Source: an uncultured Chloroflexia bacterium (GTDB lineage Bacteria > Chloroflexota > Limnocylindria > Limnocylindrales > CSP1-4). From it: a DNA stretch of 64,000 nt. The DNA lies in contig CAVPNC010000015.1 of the NCBI GenBank assembly GCA_963706695.1, positions 874 to 64,873 of the forward strand, written 5' to 3'. The number at the start of each line of letters is the position of its first letter. The first letter of the stretch is position 1. Shown one piece after another: positions 27,838 through 38,827 of this stretch. The notes under the pieces were generated by a model. It made no database searches, was not told the origin of the DNA, and saw nothing but the letters and a program-made list of their open reading frames with translations. The position numbers were made by a program, and so were the translations under genes.

Positions 27838-29879
27838 CCGCCCCCAAGACTGGTGTGTACATCTGCCATTGCGGCACCAACATCGCCGCCGTGGTCGACG
27901 TCGAGGAAGTGCGCGACTGGGCGCTCGAGGAGCTCGGTGACAAGGGCGTGGTCGTGGCACGCGACTACCCCTTCATGTGCTCGAGCCTGGGCCAGGAGCT
28001 GATCCAGAAGGACATCAAGGAGTACGGCCTCGAGCGCGTGGTCGTGGGCGCCTGCTCTCCGCACATGCACGAGAAGACGTTCCGCGAGGCCAGCAGCAAC
28101 GCCGGCCTCAACCCCTACCTGGCCGAGCTGGTGTCCATCCGCGAGCAGGTCTCGTGGGTCCATACGGACAAGGCCAAGGCCACCGAGAAGGCCAAGGCCA
28201 TCATCGCCGGCGGCGTCTACCGCGTGAGCGAGCACGTGCCGCTGGAGCCGCTCATCGCCCCGGTCAACGATGCCACCCTCATCGTCGGCGGCGGCATCGC
28301 CGGCATCACCGCGGCGCTCGAGATCGCCAACGCCGGTTACCCCGTCCACATCGTGGAGAAGGAACCGTCCATCGGTGGCCACATGGCCCAGTACGACAAG
28401 ACCTTCCCGACGCTCGACTGTGCGGCCTGCATCCTCACGCCCAAGATGGTCGACGCGGGGGCACACCCCAACATCACGCTCCACACCTGGAGCGAGGTGG
28501 TCGACGTCTCCGGCTCGGTCGGTGACTTCAAGATCAAGGTCAAGCACAAGCCACGCATGGTCGTGGAGGCCGACTGCACCGGCTGCGGCATCTGCTGGGA
28601 GAAGTGCCCGGTCCAGGTCATCGACACCGGCTTCGAGTCGGGCATCGGCTACCGCAAGGCCATCTACACGCCCTTCCCGCAGGCGGTGCCCAAGTACCCG
28701 GTGCTGACACCGGAGGACTGCACCTACTTCCAGAAGGGCACCTGCAAGGCCTGCGAGAAGTTCTGCCCGGTCGACTGCATCGACTTCACCCAGACCGATG
28801 AGTTCGTCGAGCTGAACGTGGGCAACATCCTGCTGGCCACCGGCTTCCAGCCATTCGACGCTCGCCGCATCGAGGCCTTCGGCTACGGGCGCCTGCCCAA
28901 CGTCTTCACCTCCATGGAGTTCGAGCGGATGAGCAACGCAGCCGGCCCCACCGGCGGCAAGATCGTCCTGCGCGACGGCGTCACCCAGCCCAAGGCGGTG
29001 GCCATCGTCCATTGCGTCGGCTCCCGCGACAAGAACACCAACGAGTACTGCTCGGCCATCTGCTGCATGCAGTCGCTCAAGTTCGCGCATCTCGTGAAGG
29101 AGCACACCGACGCTGACGTGTATGAGTGCTACATCGACATGCGCACGCCGGGCAAGGGCTACGACGAGTTCTATAACCGCATCCTCGACGAAGGCACGCA
29201 GATGATCCGCGGGCGCGTGGCGGAGGTCACCGACTCGCTGCGCTACCCGGAGGAAGAGGGCCACGAAGGCCGACTCATCGTGCAGGTGGAGGACACCCTC
29301 GCGGGTGTCAAGCGCCGCGTGCCGGTGGACATGGTCATCCTCTCCACGGGCCTCGAGCCGCAGCCGGATGCCACCGAGGTGGCGCGCATGTTCGGCGTCG
29401 GCTGCAGCAGCAGCGGCTTCATCATCGAGCGCCACGCCAAGCTCGACCCGGTCGCGACCATGACCGATGGGGTCTTCGCGGCTGGTGCCACCCTGGGTCC
29501 GCGTGACATCCCCACCAGCGTCTCCAACGGCGCCGCGGCCGCAGCCACGATCCTGAGCCGCATCGCCCAGGGCGAGATCGCCATGGAGCCGTACCGAGCG
29601 ACGGTCGATGCCGAGCGCTGCTCCGGCTGCCGCATCTGCAACGACCTCTGCCCCTTCAGCGCCATCACCTTCGACGAGGGCGCGATGGTCACCGAGATCA
29701 ACCCCAAGCTGTGCCAGGGCTGCGGCGTGTGCGTGGCGGCCTGTCCCGCAGCGGCCATCTCCGGTAGCGGCTTCAGCCACGCCCAGATCCTGGCCCAGAT
29801 CGACGGCCTCTTGTCCAACCCTCACGACGGGGTGGCAGCCGGCGTCCAAGCCGATGAAGCAGTGGGAGCCACGGCATGA
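27834..29879 (+). CDS. hdrA: Heterodisulfide reductase subunit A (FAD/Fe-S)
   Basis: ICHCGTNI, MCS, ACSP, GGGIAG, DKTFPTLDCAACI, HCVGSR, YCSAICC, and two ferredoxin-like domains. Confidence 0.95.
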   Translation: MTAPKTGVYICHCGTNIAAVVDVEEVRDWALEELGDKGVVVARDYPFMCSSLGQELIQKDIKEYGLERVVVGACSPHMHEKTFREASSNAGLNPYLAELVSIREQVSWVHTDKAKATEKAKAIIAGGVYRVSEHVPLEPLIAPVNDATLIVGGGIAGITAALEIANAGYPVHIVEKEPSIGGHMAQYDKTFPTLDCAACILTPKMVDAGAHPNITLHTWSEVVDVSGSVGDFKIKVKHKPRMVVEADCTGCGICWEKCPVQVIDTGFESGIGYRKAIYTPFPQAVPKYPVLTPEDCTYFQKGTCKACEKFCPVDCIDFTQTDEFVELNVGNILLATGFQPFDARRIEAFGYGRLPNVFTSMEFERMSNAAGPTGGKIVLRDGVTQPKAVAIVHCVGSRDKNTNEYCSAICCMQSLKFAHLVKEHTDADVYECYIDMRTPGKGYDEFYNRILDEGTQMIRGRVAEVTDSLRYPEEEGHEGRLIVQVEDTLAGVKRRVPVDMVILSTGLEPQPDATEVARMFGVGCSSSGFIIERHAKLDPVATMTDGVFAAGATLGPRDIPTSVSNGAAAAATILSRIAQGEIAMEPYRATVDAERCSGCRICNDLCPFSAITFDEGAMVTEINPKLCQGCGVCVAACPAAAISGSGFSHAQILAQIDGLLSNPHDGVAAGVQADEAVGATA

Positions 29880-30400
29880 CCGCACCTGCGACCACCACCG
29901 AGACTGCGGCCCCGGCCGTCGCCGCAGAACCGTTCGATCCGCTCATCCTCGGCTTCACCTGCAACTGGTGCAGCTATCGAGCGGCGGACCTGGCGGGCAC
30001 GGCCCGCACCAAGTACCCGCACAACGTCCGGCTCATCCGCCTGATGTGCTCCGGACGCATGGAACCCGAGTTCATCCTCGAAGGCTTCGCCAAGGGCGCG
30101 GACGCGGTGATCATGACCGGCTGCTGGCCGGAGGATTGTCACTACCGCATCCAGTCGGTGAAGGCCTTGCGACGGTTCATCTTCCTGCGCCGGACGTTGT
30201 CCGACCTGGGCATCGAGCCGGCTCGCCTGCAGCGCTTCTACGCCAGCGCCGCTGAAGGGCAGCGCTTCGCTGACGAGATGTCGCGGATCGTCGACGAGGT
30301 GAAGGCCCTGGGCCCCATCCCACCCGAGATCCGTGTCGCGCTGAAGTCGAGGCCAGAAGCCCCGGCCGCAGCCTTCCAGCCTGAGGAGGTGGAGGCATGA
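29876..30400 (+). CDS. mvhD: MvhD/FlpD [2Fe-2S] subunit
   Basis: CNWCSYRAADLAG, MCSGR, GCWPEDCHY and SAAEG motifs. Confidence 0.93.
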   Translation: MTAPATTTETAAPAVAAEPFDPLILGFTCNWCSYRAADLAGTARTKYPHNVRLIRLMCSGRMEPEFILEGFAKGADAVIMTGCWPEDCHYRIQSVKALRRFIFLRRTLSDLGIEPARLQRFYASAAEGQRFADEMSRIVDEVKALGPIPPEIRVALKSRPEAPAAAFQPEEVEA

Positions 30401-31407
30401 CCGCCGAAGCCGTGGCCCCGGCCCAGACCGAGGTCAAGCCCCGCTACAAGCTGGCCATGTACTGGGCCTCCGCTTGCGGTGGGTGCGACGTGGCCGTGCT
30501 CAACCTGGGCATGAAGCTCATCGAGTTCACCGAGCGCTGGGAGCCGGTCTTCTGGCCGGCGGCCATGGACGGCAAGCGCCAGGACGTCCGGGACATGGCA
30601 GACGACGAGATCGACGTCTGCCTCTTCGACGGCGGTATCCGCACCGACGAGGACGCCGAGATGGCCCACTTGCTGCGGGCCAAGTCCAAGGTGCTGGTGG
30701 CCTTCGGGTCCTGCGCCAGCGAGGGCTGCATCCCCGGTCTCGCCAACCAGCGCGGCATCGATGCGGTCTTCGCGGCCGCCTACGACCCCGAGCTGAACGA
30801 CGTCAACGGCGAAGGCACGCCCAACGGGCCCTGGGAGTCGCCCTACGGCGAGCTCGAGCTGCCCACGCTCCAGCTGCGTCTGCAGACGCTGAGCCAGGTC
30901 GTCGACGTGGACTACTCGGTGCCGGGCTGCCCGCCAGAGACCGAGCGCATCGCGGAGGTGTTGGGAGCAGTCACCGCTGCCCTCGACGGCACCGGGCCGC
31001 TGCCGCCGAAGGGCGCGGTGCTCGGTGCGGGCAACTCGACCGTCTGTGACGAGTGCCCGCGCGAGCGCGGGGTCAAGACCATCACGGAGTTCAAGCGCAT
31101 CCAGACGCTCGCGGAGGTCGATCCGAACCTGTGCCTGCTGGAGCAGGGCCTGCCCTGCTGCGGACCGGCTGCTCGAGATGGCTGCGGCGCCAAGTGCCCG
31201 TCCGCCGGTGCGCCCTGCATCGGCTGCTACGGGGCCACGCAGGGTGTCCAGGACTTCGGTGCCCGCCTGCTCAGTGCCTACGCCTCGGTGGTGGATGCCA
31301 GCGAGCCGGAGGACATCGAGCGCGTGCTGGCGAGCCTGCCGGACACCGTGGGCCAGTTCTATCGCTTCAGCCTGGCAGCCTCGCTGCTTCACGGGGGCCG
31401 GTCATGA
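30397..31407 (+). CDS. mvhG: [NiFe]-hydrogenase small subunit (MvhG-like)
   Basis: SACGGCD, AFGSCA..GCIPGLAN, PGCPP, VCDECP, CLLEQG..CCGP and PCIGCYG motifs. Confidence 0.9.
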   Translation: MTAEAVAPAQTEVKPRYKLAMYWASACGGCDVAVLNLGMKLIEFTERWEPVFWPAAMDGKRQDVRDMADDEIDVCLFDGGIRTDEDAEMAHLLRAKSKVLVAFGSCASEGCIPGLANQRGIDAVFAAAYDPELNDVNGEGTPNGPWESPYGELELPTLQLRLQTLSQVVDVDYSVPGCPPETERIAEVLGAVTAALDGTGPLPPKGAVLGAGNSTVCDECPRERGVKTITEFKRIQTLAEVDPNLCLLEQGLPCCGPAARDGCGAKCPSAGAPCIGCYGATQGVQDFGARLLSAYASVVDASEPEDIERVLASLPDTVGQFYRFSLAASLLHGGRS

Positions 31408-32870
31408 CACGCATCACCATCGATCCCGTCACCCGTCTGGAGGGTCACGGCAAGATCGAGATCCTGCTCGACGATGCCGGTGACGTCGAGCACACCTACT
31501 TCCAGATCCCGGAGCTGCGCGGCTTCGAGTCCTTCTGCGTGGGCCGTCCGGTAGAGGACATGCCGGCGCTGACCAACCGCATCTGCGGCGTCTGCCCGGA
31601 GGCCCACCACATGGCTGCGGCCAAGGCCGGCGACGCCGCCTACGGCGTGACCGTCCCTCGCACCGGCCGCATGTTGCGCGAGCTGCTCTACAACGCCTTC
31701 TACGTGACCGACCACGCCACGCACTTCTACGTGCTCAGCGGACCGGATCTGATCATGGGCCCGGACGCGCCGAAGGCCGAGCGCAACATCCTGGGCGTGG
31801 TCAAGAAGGTCGGCGCGGAGGTCGGCGGAGCGGTCATCAACGCACGCAAGGCCGGCCACCGTGTCATCGAGATCATCGGTGGACGCCGGATCCACCCCTG
31901 CACCTCCGTCCCCGGCGGCCAGACCAAGGCCCTCAGCGAGGAGGAGCGGGACGAGATCAAGGCGCTGGCCGACGGCATGGTCGAGTTCGCCGACTTCAGC
32001 CTCGATCTCTTCGCCTCGATGCTCAAGGACGAGGCCATCGAGGAGATCGTCAAGGGCGACCTCTACACACACGAGACCTACTACAGCGGCCTCGTCGACG
32101 AGAACGACAAGGTCACCTTCTACGACGGCCGCATCAAGGTCGTGGCGCCTGACGGGGAGGTCCACGGGACGTACGAGCCCAAGGACTACCGCGACTGGAT
32201 CGCCGAGAAGGTCGAGCCCTGGACATTCCTGAAGTTCCCCTACCTCAAGAAGGTCGGCTGGAAGGGACTGGTCGATGGCAAGGACTCGGGCATCTACACC
32301 GTGGCCCCACTGGGACGACTCAACGTCGCCTCGGGCATGGCCACACCCAAGGCGCAGGCTGCGTACGAGCAGTACTTCGCCACGCTCTCGCCCGATGGCA
32401 CCCCGGTCCACAGCCGTGGCGCCACCCACTGGGCTCGCCTCATCGAGCTGATGCAGGCGGCTGAGACGGTGCAGGCCCTGGTGAACGATCCTGAGATCAC
32501 CTCACCGGTCGTGCGGGCCGTCCCGACCGAGATCCCGACCGAAGGCGTGGGCACGGTCGAGGCACCGCGAGGCACGCTCACCCACCACTACTGGACCGAC
32601 GAGAACGGCGTCATCACGCGCGTGAACCTCATCGTCGGCACGACCAACAACTACGGTCCCATCGCCATGTCCGTGGACAAGGCTGCCAGGAGCCTCATCT
32701 CCAAGGGCACGGTGGTGACCGAGGGCTTGCTCGACCGCGTGGAGATGGGCTTCCGGGCCTATGACCCCTGCTTCGGGTGCGCGACGCACACCATGCCGGG
32801 CCAGATGCCGATGGTCGTCACCATCCGTGACAAGAACGGCGAGCCGGTGCAGGAGCTGCGCCGTGATTAG
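31404..32870 (+). CDS. mvhA: [NiFe]-hydrogenase large subunit, group 3c (MvhA-like)
   Basis: DPVTRLEGHG, L1 RICGVC, EAPRGTLTH, L2 RAYDPCFGCATH, followed by a cleavable C-terminal extension. Confidence 0.93.
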   Translation: MTRITIDPVTRLEGHGKIEILLDDAGDVEHTYFQIPELRGFESFCVGRPVEDMPALTNRICGVCPEAHHMAAAKAGDAAYGVTVPRTGRMLRELLYNAFYVTDHATHFYVLSGPDLIMGPDAPKAERNILGVVKKVGAEVGGAVINARKAGHRVIEIIGGRRIHPCTSVPGGQTKALSEEERDEIKALADGMVEFADFSLDLFASMLKDEAIEEIVKGDLYTHETYYSGLVDENDKVTFYDGRIKVVAPDGEVHGTYEPKDYRDWIAEKVEPWTFLKFPYLKKVGWKGLVDGKDSGIYTVAPLGRLNVASGMATPKAQAAYEQYFATLSPDGTPVHSRGATHWARLIELMQAAETVQALVNDPEITSPVVRAVPTEIPTEGVGTVEAPRGTLTHHYWTDENGVITRVNLIVGTTNNYGPIAMSVDKAARSLISKGTVVTEGLLDRVEMGFRAYDPCFGCATHTMPGQMPMVVTIRDKNGEPVQELRRD

Positions 32871-33405
32871 CCCGACCGAGCCCTACAGCCTGCGCATCGC
32901 CGAGCCTGGCGACACGCTGGTGGTAGGCCTCGGCAACCCGATCCTGGGGGACGATGGTGTCGGGTGGCGTGTCATCGATGAGCTCGACGAGCTGGAGCAC
33001 GATGACGCCAGCCTGCAGCAGGCATGCGTCGGTGGCGTGAGCCTGATGGAGCTCCTTGTCGGATATCGACGTGCCATCATCGTCGATGCCATCATCGACC
33101 CGGAGAACGTGCCGGGCAGCGTCTGGTGCAAGCCACTGTCGGAGGTGGAGACTCGCGTCGCCAGTCACCTGGACTCGACGCACGACGCTCCCCTGCCGGC
33201 CGCCATCGAAGCAGGCCGGGCCATGGGGGCCGATCTGCCAACTGACATCGAGGTCGTGGGCATCGTCATCGAGCGTGGTGATGTCTTCGGCGAAGAGCTA
33301 AGCGACGTCATCGCTGCAGCCGTTCCGGTCGCCGCAGCGAAGGTCGTCGGGGCATTGCGTGCGCAGTCCTCTGCGCCGCCACAAGGGGAGCCAGTCCATG
33401 CATGA
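32863..33405 (+). CDS. Hydrogenase maturation endopeptidase
   Basis: VVGLGNPILGDDGVG, IIVDA and STH motifs; overlaps the mvhA stop. Confidence 0.92.
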   Translation: MISPTEPYSLRIAEPGDTLVVGLGNPILGDDGVGWRVIDELDELEHDDASLQQACVGGVSLMELLVGYRRAIIVDAIIDPENVPGSVWCKPLSEVETRVASHLDSTHDAPLPAAIEAGRAMGADLPTDIEVVGIVIERGDVFGEELSDVIAAAVPVAAAKVVGALRAQSSAPPQGEPVHA

Positions 33406-33670
33406 AGCCGGAGTCACCGAACGGATCCTCGAGATCGTGCTCGAACACGCCAATGCGGCCCACGCCCAGCGCGTGACCGACGTCTACCTGGAGGTGGGCG
33501 CCGAGTCGGGCATCGATACCGAGTCCGTCGAGATGCACTGGCCGCTCCTGAGTGAGGGCTCCGTCGCAGAGGGCTCGATCCTGCACTTCTCCGCCAAGGA
33601 AGACGAACCGTTCTCGTTCCGCCTGACCAGCATCGAGGTGGACGAGCCGGAAACCGCCGCCACCACCTGA
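33398..33670 (+). CDS. hypA: HypA/HybF-like nickel chaperone lacking the zinc-finger domain
   Basis: N-terminal MHE, V.LEVG..SGI, AEGS.L and C-terminal LTSIEVD; contains no cysteine. Confidence 0.8.
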   Translation: MHEAGVTERILEIVLEHANAAHAQRVTDVYLEVGAESGIDTESVEMHWPLLSEGSVAEGSILHFSAKEDEPFSFRLTSIEVDEPETAATT

Positions 33671-33722
33671 CGGGCGCAAGGCCGGCGCCTCCCCTCGCCT
33701 GCCCAGCCTCCCACCAGACCTC

Positions 33723-33745
33723 AGCCCCGCGGGAGACCGCGGGGC

Positions 33746-33746
<1 letters not shown>
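33723..33746. terminator. Hairpin between the convergent hydrogenase operon and subtilase gene
   Basis: AGCCCCGCGG-GAGA-CCGCGGGGCT 10-bp stem. Confidence 0.6.
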
Positions 33747-35831
<2,085 letters not shown>

Positions 35832-35937
35832 GTATCACCCCCACAGGACGTTCTGTGGACGGCTGATGGCGGGATAGGGCCAGCCCCAGAAGCGGCTGAC
35901 GTGCAGCGCCGCACGACTTGCCCTAGCGTGGACGGTG

Positions 35938-37023
35938 ATGAGGAGCACCACCGGGACCCCACGCCAGGGCATCGCCACAAGGGTCGCAGCGCACGCGGTT
36001 CGGCGCGTCAAGGGCCTGCTGATGCGACGGCTCCTCGTGCCCACGTGGAGGCTGGAAGACGAGCTCGCAGCACGCCCGGGCGGCGTGCACGCCGACGACA
36101 GCTCTCCGCGACGGATCGAGATCGTGGCCGAGTCGATGCAGGTCGAAGGGCTGCACCGCCCCATGCCAGGCTTCCCGCGCTCGCTGCCCCAGGTGCTCTC
36201 CAGCGCACGCAACATCAGGGCCTCGCTGATCGAGGTCGATGACAACCCGGCCCAGCCGCGCACGTCCATGACCGACGCCGATCGCGCCGCGCTCGAGCGC
36301 TTCATCGTCTCGACCGCCGCGGACACCTTCGGCTACGCGACGGTGCCTTCGAGCCTCGTCTTCAAGGGCAAGGCCATCCTCCATCCGCACGCCATCGTGC
36401 TGGCCATGGAGATGGACAAGGAGCGCATGGATACAGCCCCCAGCCCCGATTCGGCGGTGATGGTCCACGAGACCTACAACCAGCTGGGCATCGCCGCCAA
36501 CGAGATCGCTCGACACCTGCGTGGCCTGGGCTACTCGGCGCAGGCGGGGCATCCGCTCGGAGGCCTCGCACTCTATCCACCGCTGGCCCAGGCAGCCGGC
36601 CTTGGCTGGCAAGGCATGCACGGGCTGCTCATCACGCCGGAGTTCGGCCCGCGCGTGCGCCTGGCCGCCGTCTTCACCAGCATCGAGAACCTGCCCGCGA
36701 CGGATTCCGACGCGCACGCCTGGATCGAGGACTTCTGCCGTGAGTGTGTGAAGTGCGTGCGCCAGTGCCCGCCGCAGGCCATCAGCAGCGAGCCCGTCCG
36801 CCACGAGAGCGGACGCGTGACCTGGATCGACGCAGACAGGTGCCTGCCCTTCTTCGTACGTCACAACGGATGCTCGCTCTGCATCGCCGTGTGTCCCTTC
36901 CACCAGCGTGACTACTCCTGGCTGCAGGAGCGCTGGGCTCGCCACGGCCAGCGCTCCGCCGAGCTACGAGCGGACCCGCCCCAGAACTTCCCGGAGCACT
37001 TGCGCCGCCCGCCCATGTCGTAG
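35938..37023 (+). CDS. QueG/reductive-dehalogenase-like 2x[4Fe-4S] protein
   Basis: AQAAGLGWQGMHGLLITPEFGPRVRLAAVFT, FCRECVKCVRQCP and CSLCIAVCP motifs. Confidence 0.82.
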   Translation: MRSTTGTPRQGIATRVAAHAVRRVKGLLMRRLLVPTWRLEDELAARPGGVHADDSSPRRIEIVAESMQVEGLHRPMPGFPRSLPQVLSSARNIRASLIEVDDNPAQPRTSMTDADRAALERFIVSTAADTFGYATVPSSLVFKGKAILHPHAIVLAMEMDKERMDTAPSPDSAVMVHETYNQLGIAANEIARHLRGLGYSAQAGHPLGGLALYPPLAQAAGLGWQGMHGLLITPEFGPRVRLAAVFTSIENLPATDSDAHAWIEDFCRECVKCVRQCPPQAISSEPVRHESGRVTWIDADRCLPFFVRHNGCSLCIAVCPFHQRDYSWLQERWARHGQRSAELRADPPQNFPEHLRRPPMS

Positions 37024-37033
37024 GCTGTCGGGA

Positions 37034-37309
37034 ATGGCGAGCTATCGGGTGATGTCGTGGCGCGGCATCCCCTCACAAGTCAAGGCGGTCGACGAGACGG
37101 GCGCGACGGCGTCGGCGATGTTGCCCCCATCCTTCATGCAGGAGATCGATCGGCTGGCCATGGCCAAGGGAGTGGTCGGCTCGGACGAATATCTCGAGGC
37201 CTGGGCCTGGTCCGATGAGATGACCCGCGAAGGCACGGCCGATGAGGTCGCAGCCGCGGTCGCGGCTGAGGTGGGAGCGGTCTGGCGCCAGGAGAACGAC
37301 GGGGGTTAG
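37034..37309 (+). CDS. Small protein of the Pfam Virulence_fact family
   Basis: WRGIPSQVKA, FMQEIDRLAM..G..GSDEYLEAW motifs; TAGGCT 7 nt before the ATG. Confidence 0.8.
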   Translation: MASYRVMSWRGIPSQVKAVDETGATASAMLPPSFMQEIDRLAMAKGVVGSDEYLEAWAWSDEMTREGTADEVAAAVAAEVGAVWRQENDGG

Positions 37310-38037
37310 TCGCGCTCGAGCCGGCCCAGCACGGTCACCGAATCCTCGGCCACGAGCACATCCGCGGCCACGAAGCGGAGGGCGCCGCCATCGACGAGGT
37401 CGACCACAGCCGGCAGCAAGGTCACCACCTGCTCGCCGGCACCACCTCCAGGCAGATGGTCGAAGAAGCGTCCGCAGGCACCTTCAGCGAAGGGGCTGGT
37501 CTTGACGCCACGATCGCTGCTGGCAAGGACGGTGCCACTGTCGCTGTCGACGGTGAAGGCATCGTCGATCCAGCAGGTGCCGTTGGGGATGTCCAGCGGG
37601 CCTGCGAAGACGAGCGTGGTGCGCAGCCGGGTTTCGCTCGGATACCACTCGAGGGAAACGTCGGAGTCGATACCGGGCGTGGTCGGCGCTTCCGCCAGCA
37701 TCCGGTCGGCACCGGCCTCGAGAAAGCCACGGCCAAAGCGTGCGCTCCACTCGGAACCGGGCTGCAGGCACGAGGAGGTGGCCGCTGGCTGCTCCAGGTG
37801 TCCGCTGGCGATGTCCAGCCGCGTGGCTTGCTGCTGAAGCAGCGGGTCAGGGAAGAGCGCCGCGTTCGAGATGAGTGCCTCCTCCACCGCCACGGCCACG
37901 CTCGACCACTCCTCGGCTGAGACGGCCCCGGGCGCGACCTCCAGACAGACATCGGCCGGGTGCTCATCCGCGAGAGCGACCGCACTCCCCAGCACGATCA
38001 CCACGGCCACCGTCATCCCCGCCGCGAGTGGCCTCAT
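37306..38037 (-). CDS. Secreted hypothetical protein
   Basis: Signal peptide ending ALA/D, four Cys, start overlaps the upstream stop. Confidence 0.7.
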   Translation of the reverse strand: MRPLAAGMTVAVVIVLGSAVALADEHPADVCLEVAPGAVSAEEWSSVAVAVEEALISNAALFPDPLLQQQATRLDIASGHLEQPAATSSCLQPGSEWSARFGRGFLEAGADRMLAEAPTTPGIDSDVSLEWYPSETRLRTTLVFAGPLDIPNGTCWIDDAFTVDSDSGTVLASSDRGVKTSPFAEGACGRFFDHLPGGGAGEQVVTLLPAVVDLVDGGALRFVAADVLVAEDSVTVLGRLERD

Positions 38038-38459
38038 TCGGGGAGGTCGATCCAGAGGGTCCCACCCCCGTAGCCGTTGACGAGGTCCCGGCCCTCGACC
38101 GTGATGCGGGAGACGCCCGGGGGGATCTCGAGTCCGGCCTGGGTCCGGGTGAACGGCTGCTCGGAGGCGTGATCGTGCAGCAGCGTGTGGGTGGCCAGCA
38201 CATTGCCCGCCTCGTCGAGGACGCGCCAGCCGTCGGCGTAGCGCTCGGGGCTGTCGTAGGGGGAAGAGATGCTCACGACCACGTCGAAGACCCGATCGCC
38301 ACGAGACACCAGCTGCACGCCGATGACGTCGGGGAAGCGGTCGTCCGCCTGCACCTCGACGGACTCGCCGGTGCCGAGCGGGAAGAAGGGCAGCACGCTG
38401 CAGCCGCTCACCACGAGCAGGGCCAGCAGGCCGAGCGACAGGCGTGACAGGACGTGCAT
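38034..38459 (-). CDS. Putative lipoprotein with LLHDH motif
   Basis: Lipobox-like VSGC; SSPYDSPERYADGWRV...LLHDHASEQPFTR...GRDLVNGYGG. Confidence 0.75.
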   Translation of the reverse strand: MHVLSRLSLGLLALLVVSGCSVLPFFPLGTGESVEVQADDRFPDVIGVQLVSRGDRVFDVVVSISSPYDSPERYADGWRVLDEAGNVLATHTLLHDHASEQPFTRTQAGLEIPPGVSRITVEGRDLVNGYGGGTLWIDLPE

Positions 38460-38518
38460 CAGGCGCTCATCGTACGGTGTAGGCACAAGCCCCACCCAAC
38501 CACATTCCGGAGGCACCC

Positions 38519-38827
38519 ATGAGTGACATCCCAGCTGGCGTCAAGATCGAGTCCGTCTTCCTCGTGGAGGCCCGATACACGCCTGACGCGGCCGACAAGC
38601 GTCCCGCCGTGCGCGCACAGCACCTGGCCAACGTGGTGCGCCTGCGTGAAGAAGGCACGATCATCGAGGCCGGCGCCTATAGCGACGGGCTGACCTCGTC
38701 GCTCCTTCTGGTGCGGGCGTCCGATGCGGCGGCGGCTCTGGCCATCGCGCGCCAGGATGTCTACGTCAAGGCTGGCGTCTGGGGTGACATCAGCGCCCGG
38801 CCCTTCGGACGGGTGGTCGCCGAGTAG
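38519..38827 (+). CDS. YciI-family protein
   Basis: RPAVRAQHL...AGAY...D.YV.AG pattern, ~100 aa, GGAGG RBS. Confidence 0.82.
   Translation: MSDIPAGVKIESVFLVEARYTPDAADKRPAVRAQHLANVVRLREEGTIIEAGAYSDGLTSSLLLVRASDAAAALAIARQDVYVKAGVWGDISARPFGRVVAE

Noticed and set aside
27633-29885. 750-aa minus-strand ORF
   Set aside because: Antisense shadow of hdrA.
26183-32870. Selenocysteine recoding or methanogenesis
   Set aside because: No in-frame TGA in the hdr/mvh genes; all ligands are Cys; no mcr/mtr genes, and flanking genes are bacterial.
35938-37023. Respiratory reductive dehalogenase (rdhA)
   Set aside because: No RRxFLK-type Tat signal, no rdhB neighbour, shorter than typical RdhA; called only QueG/RdhA-like.
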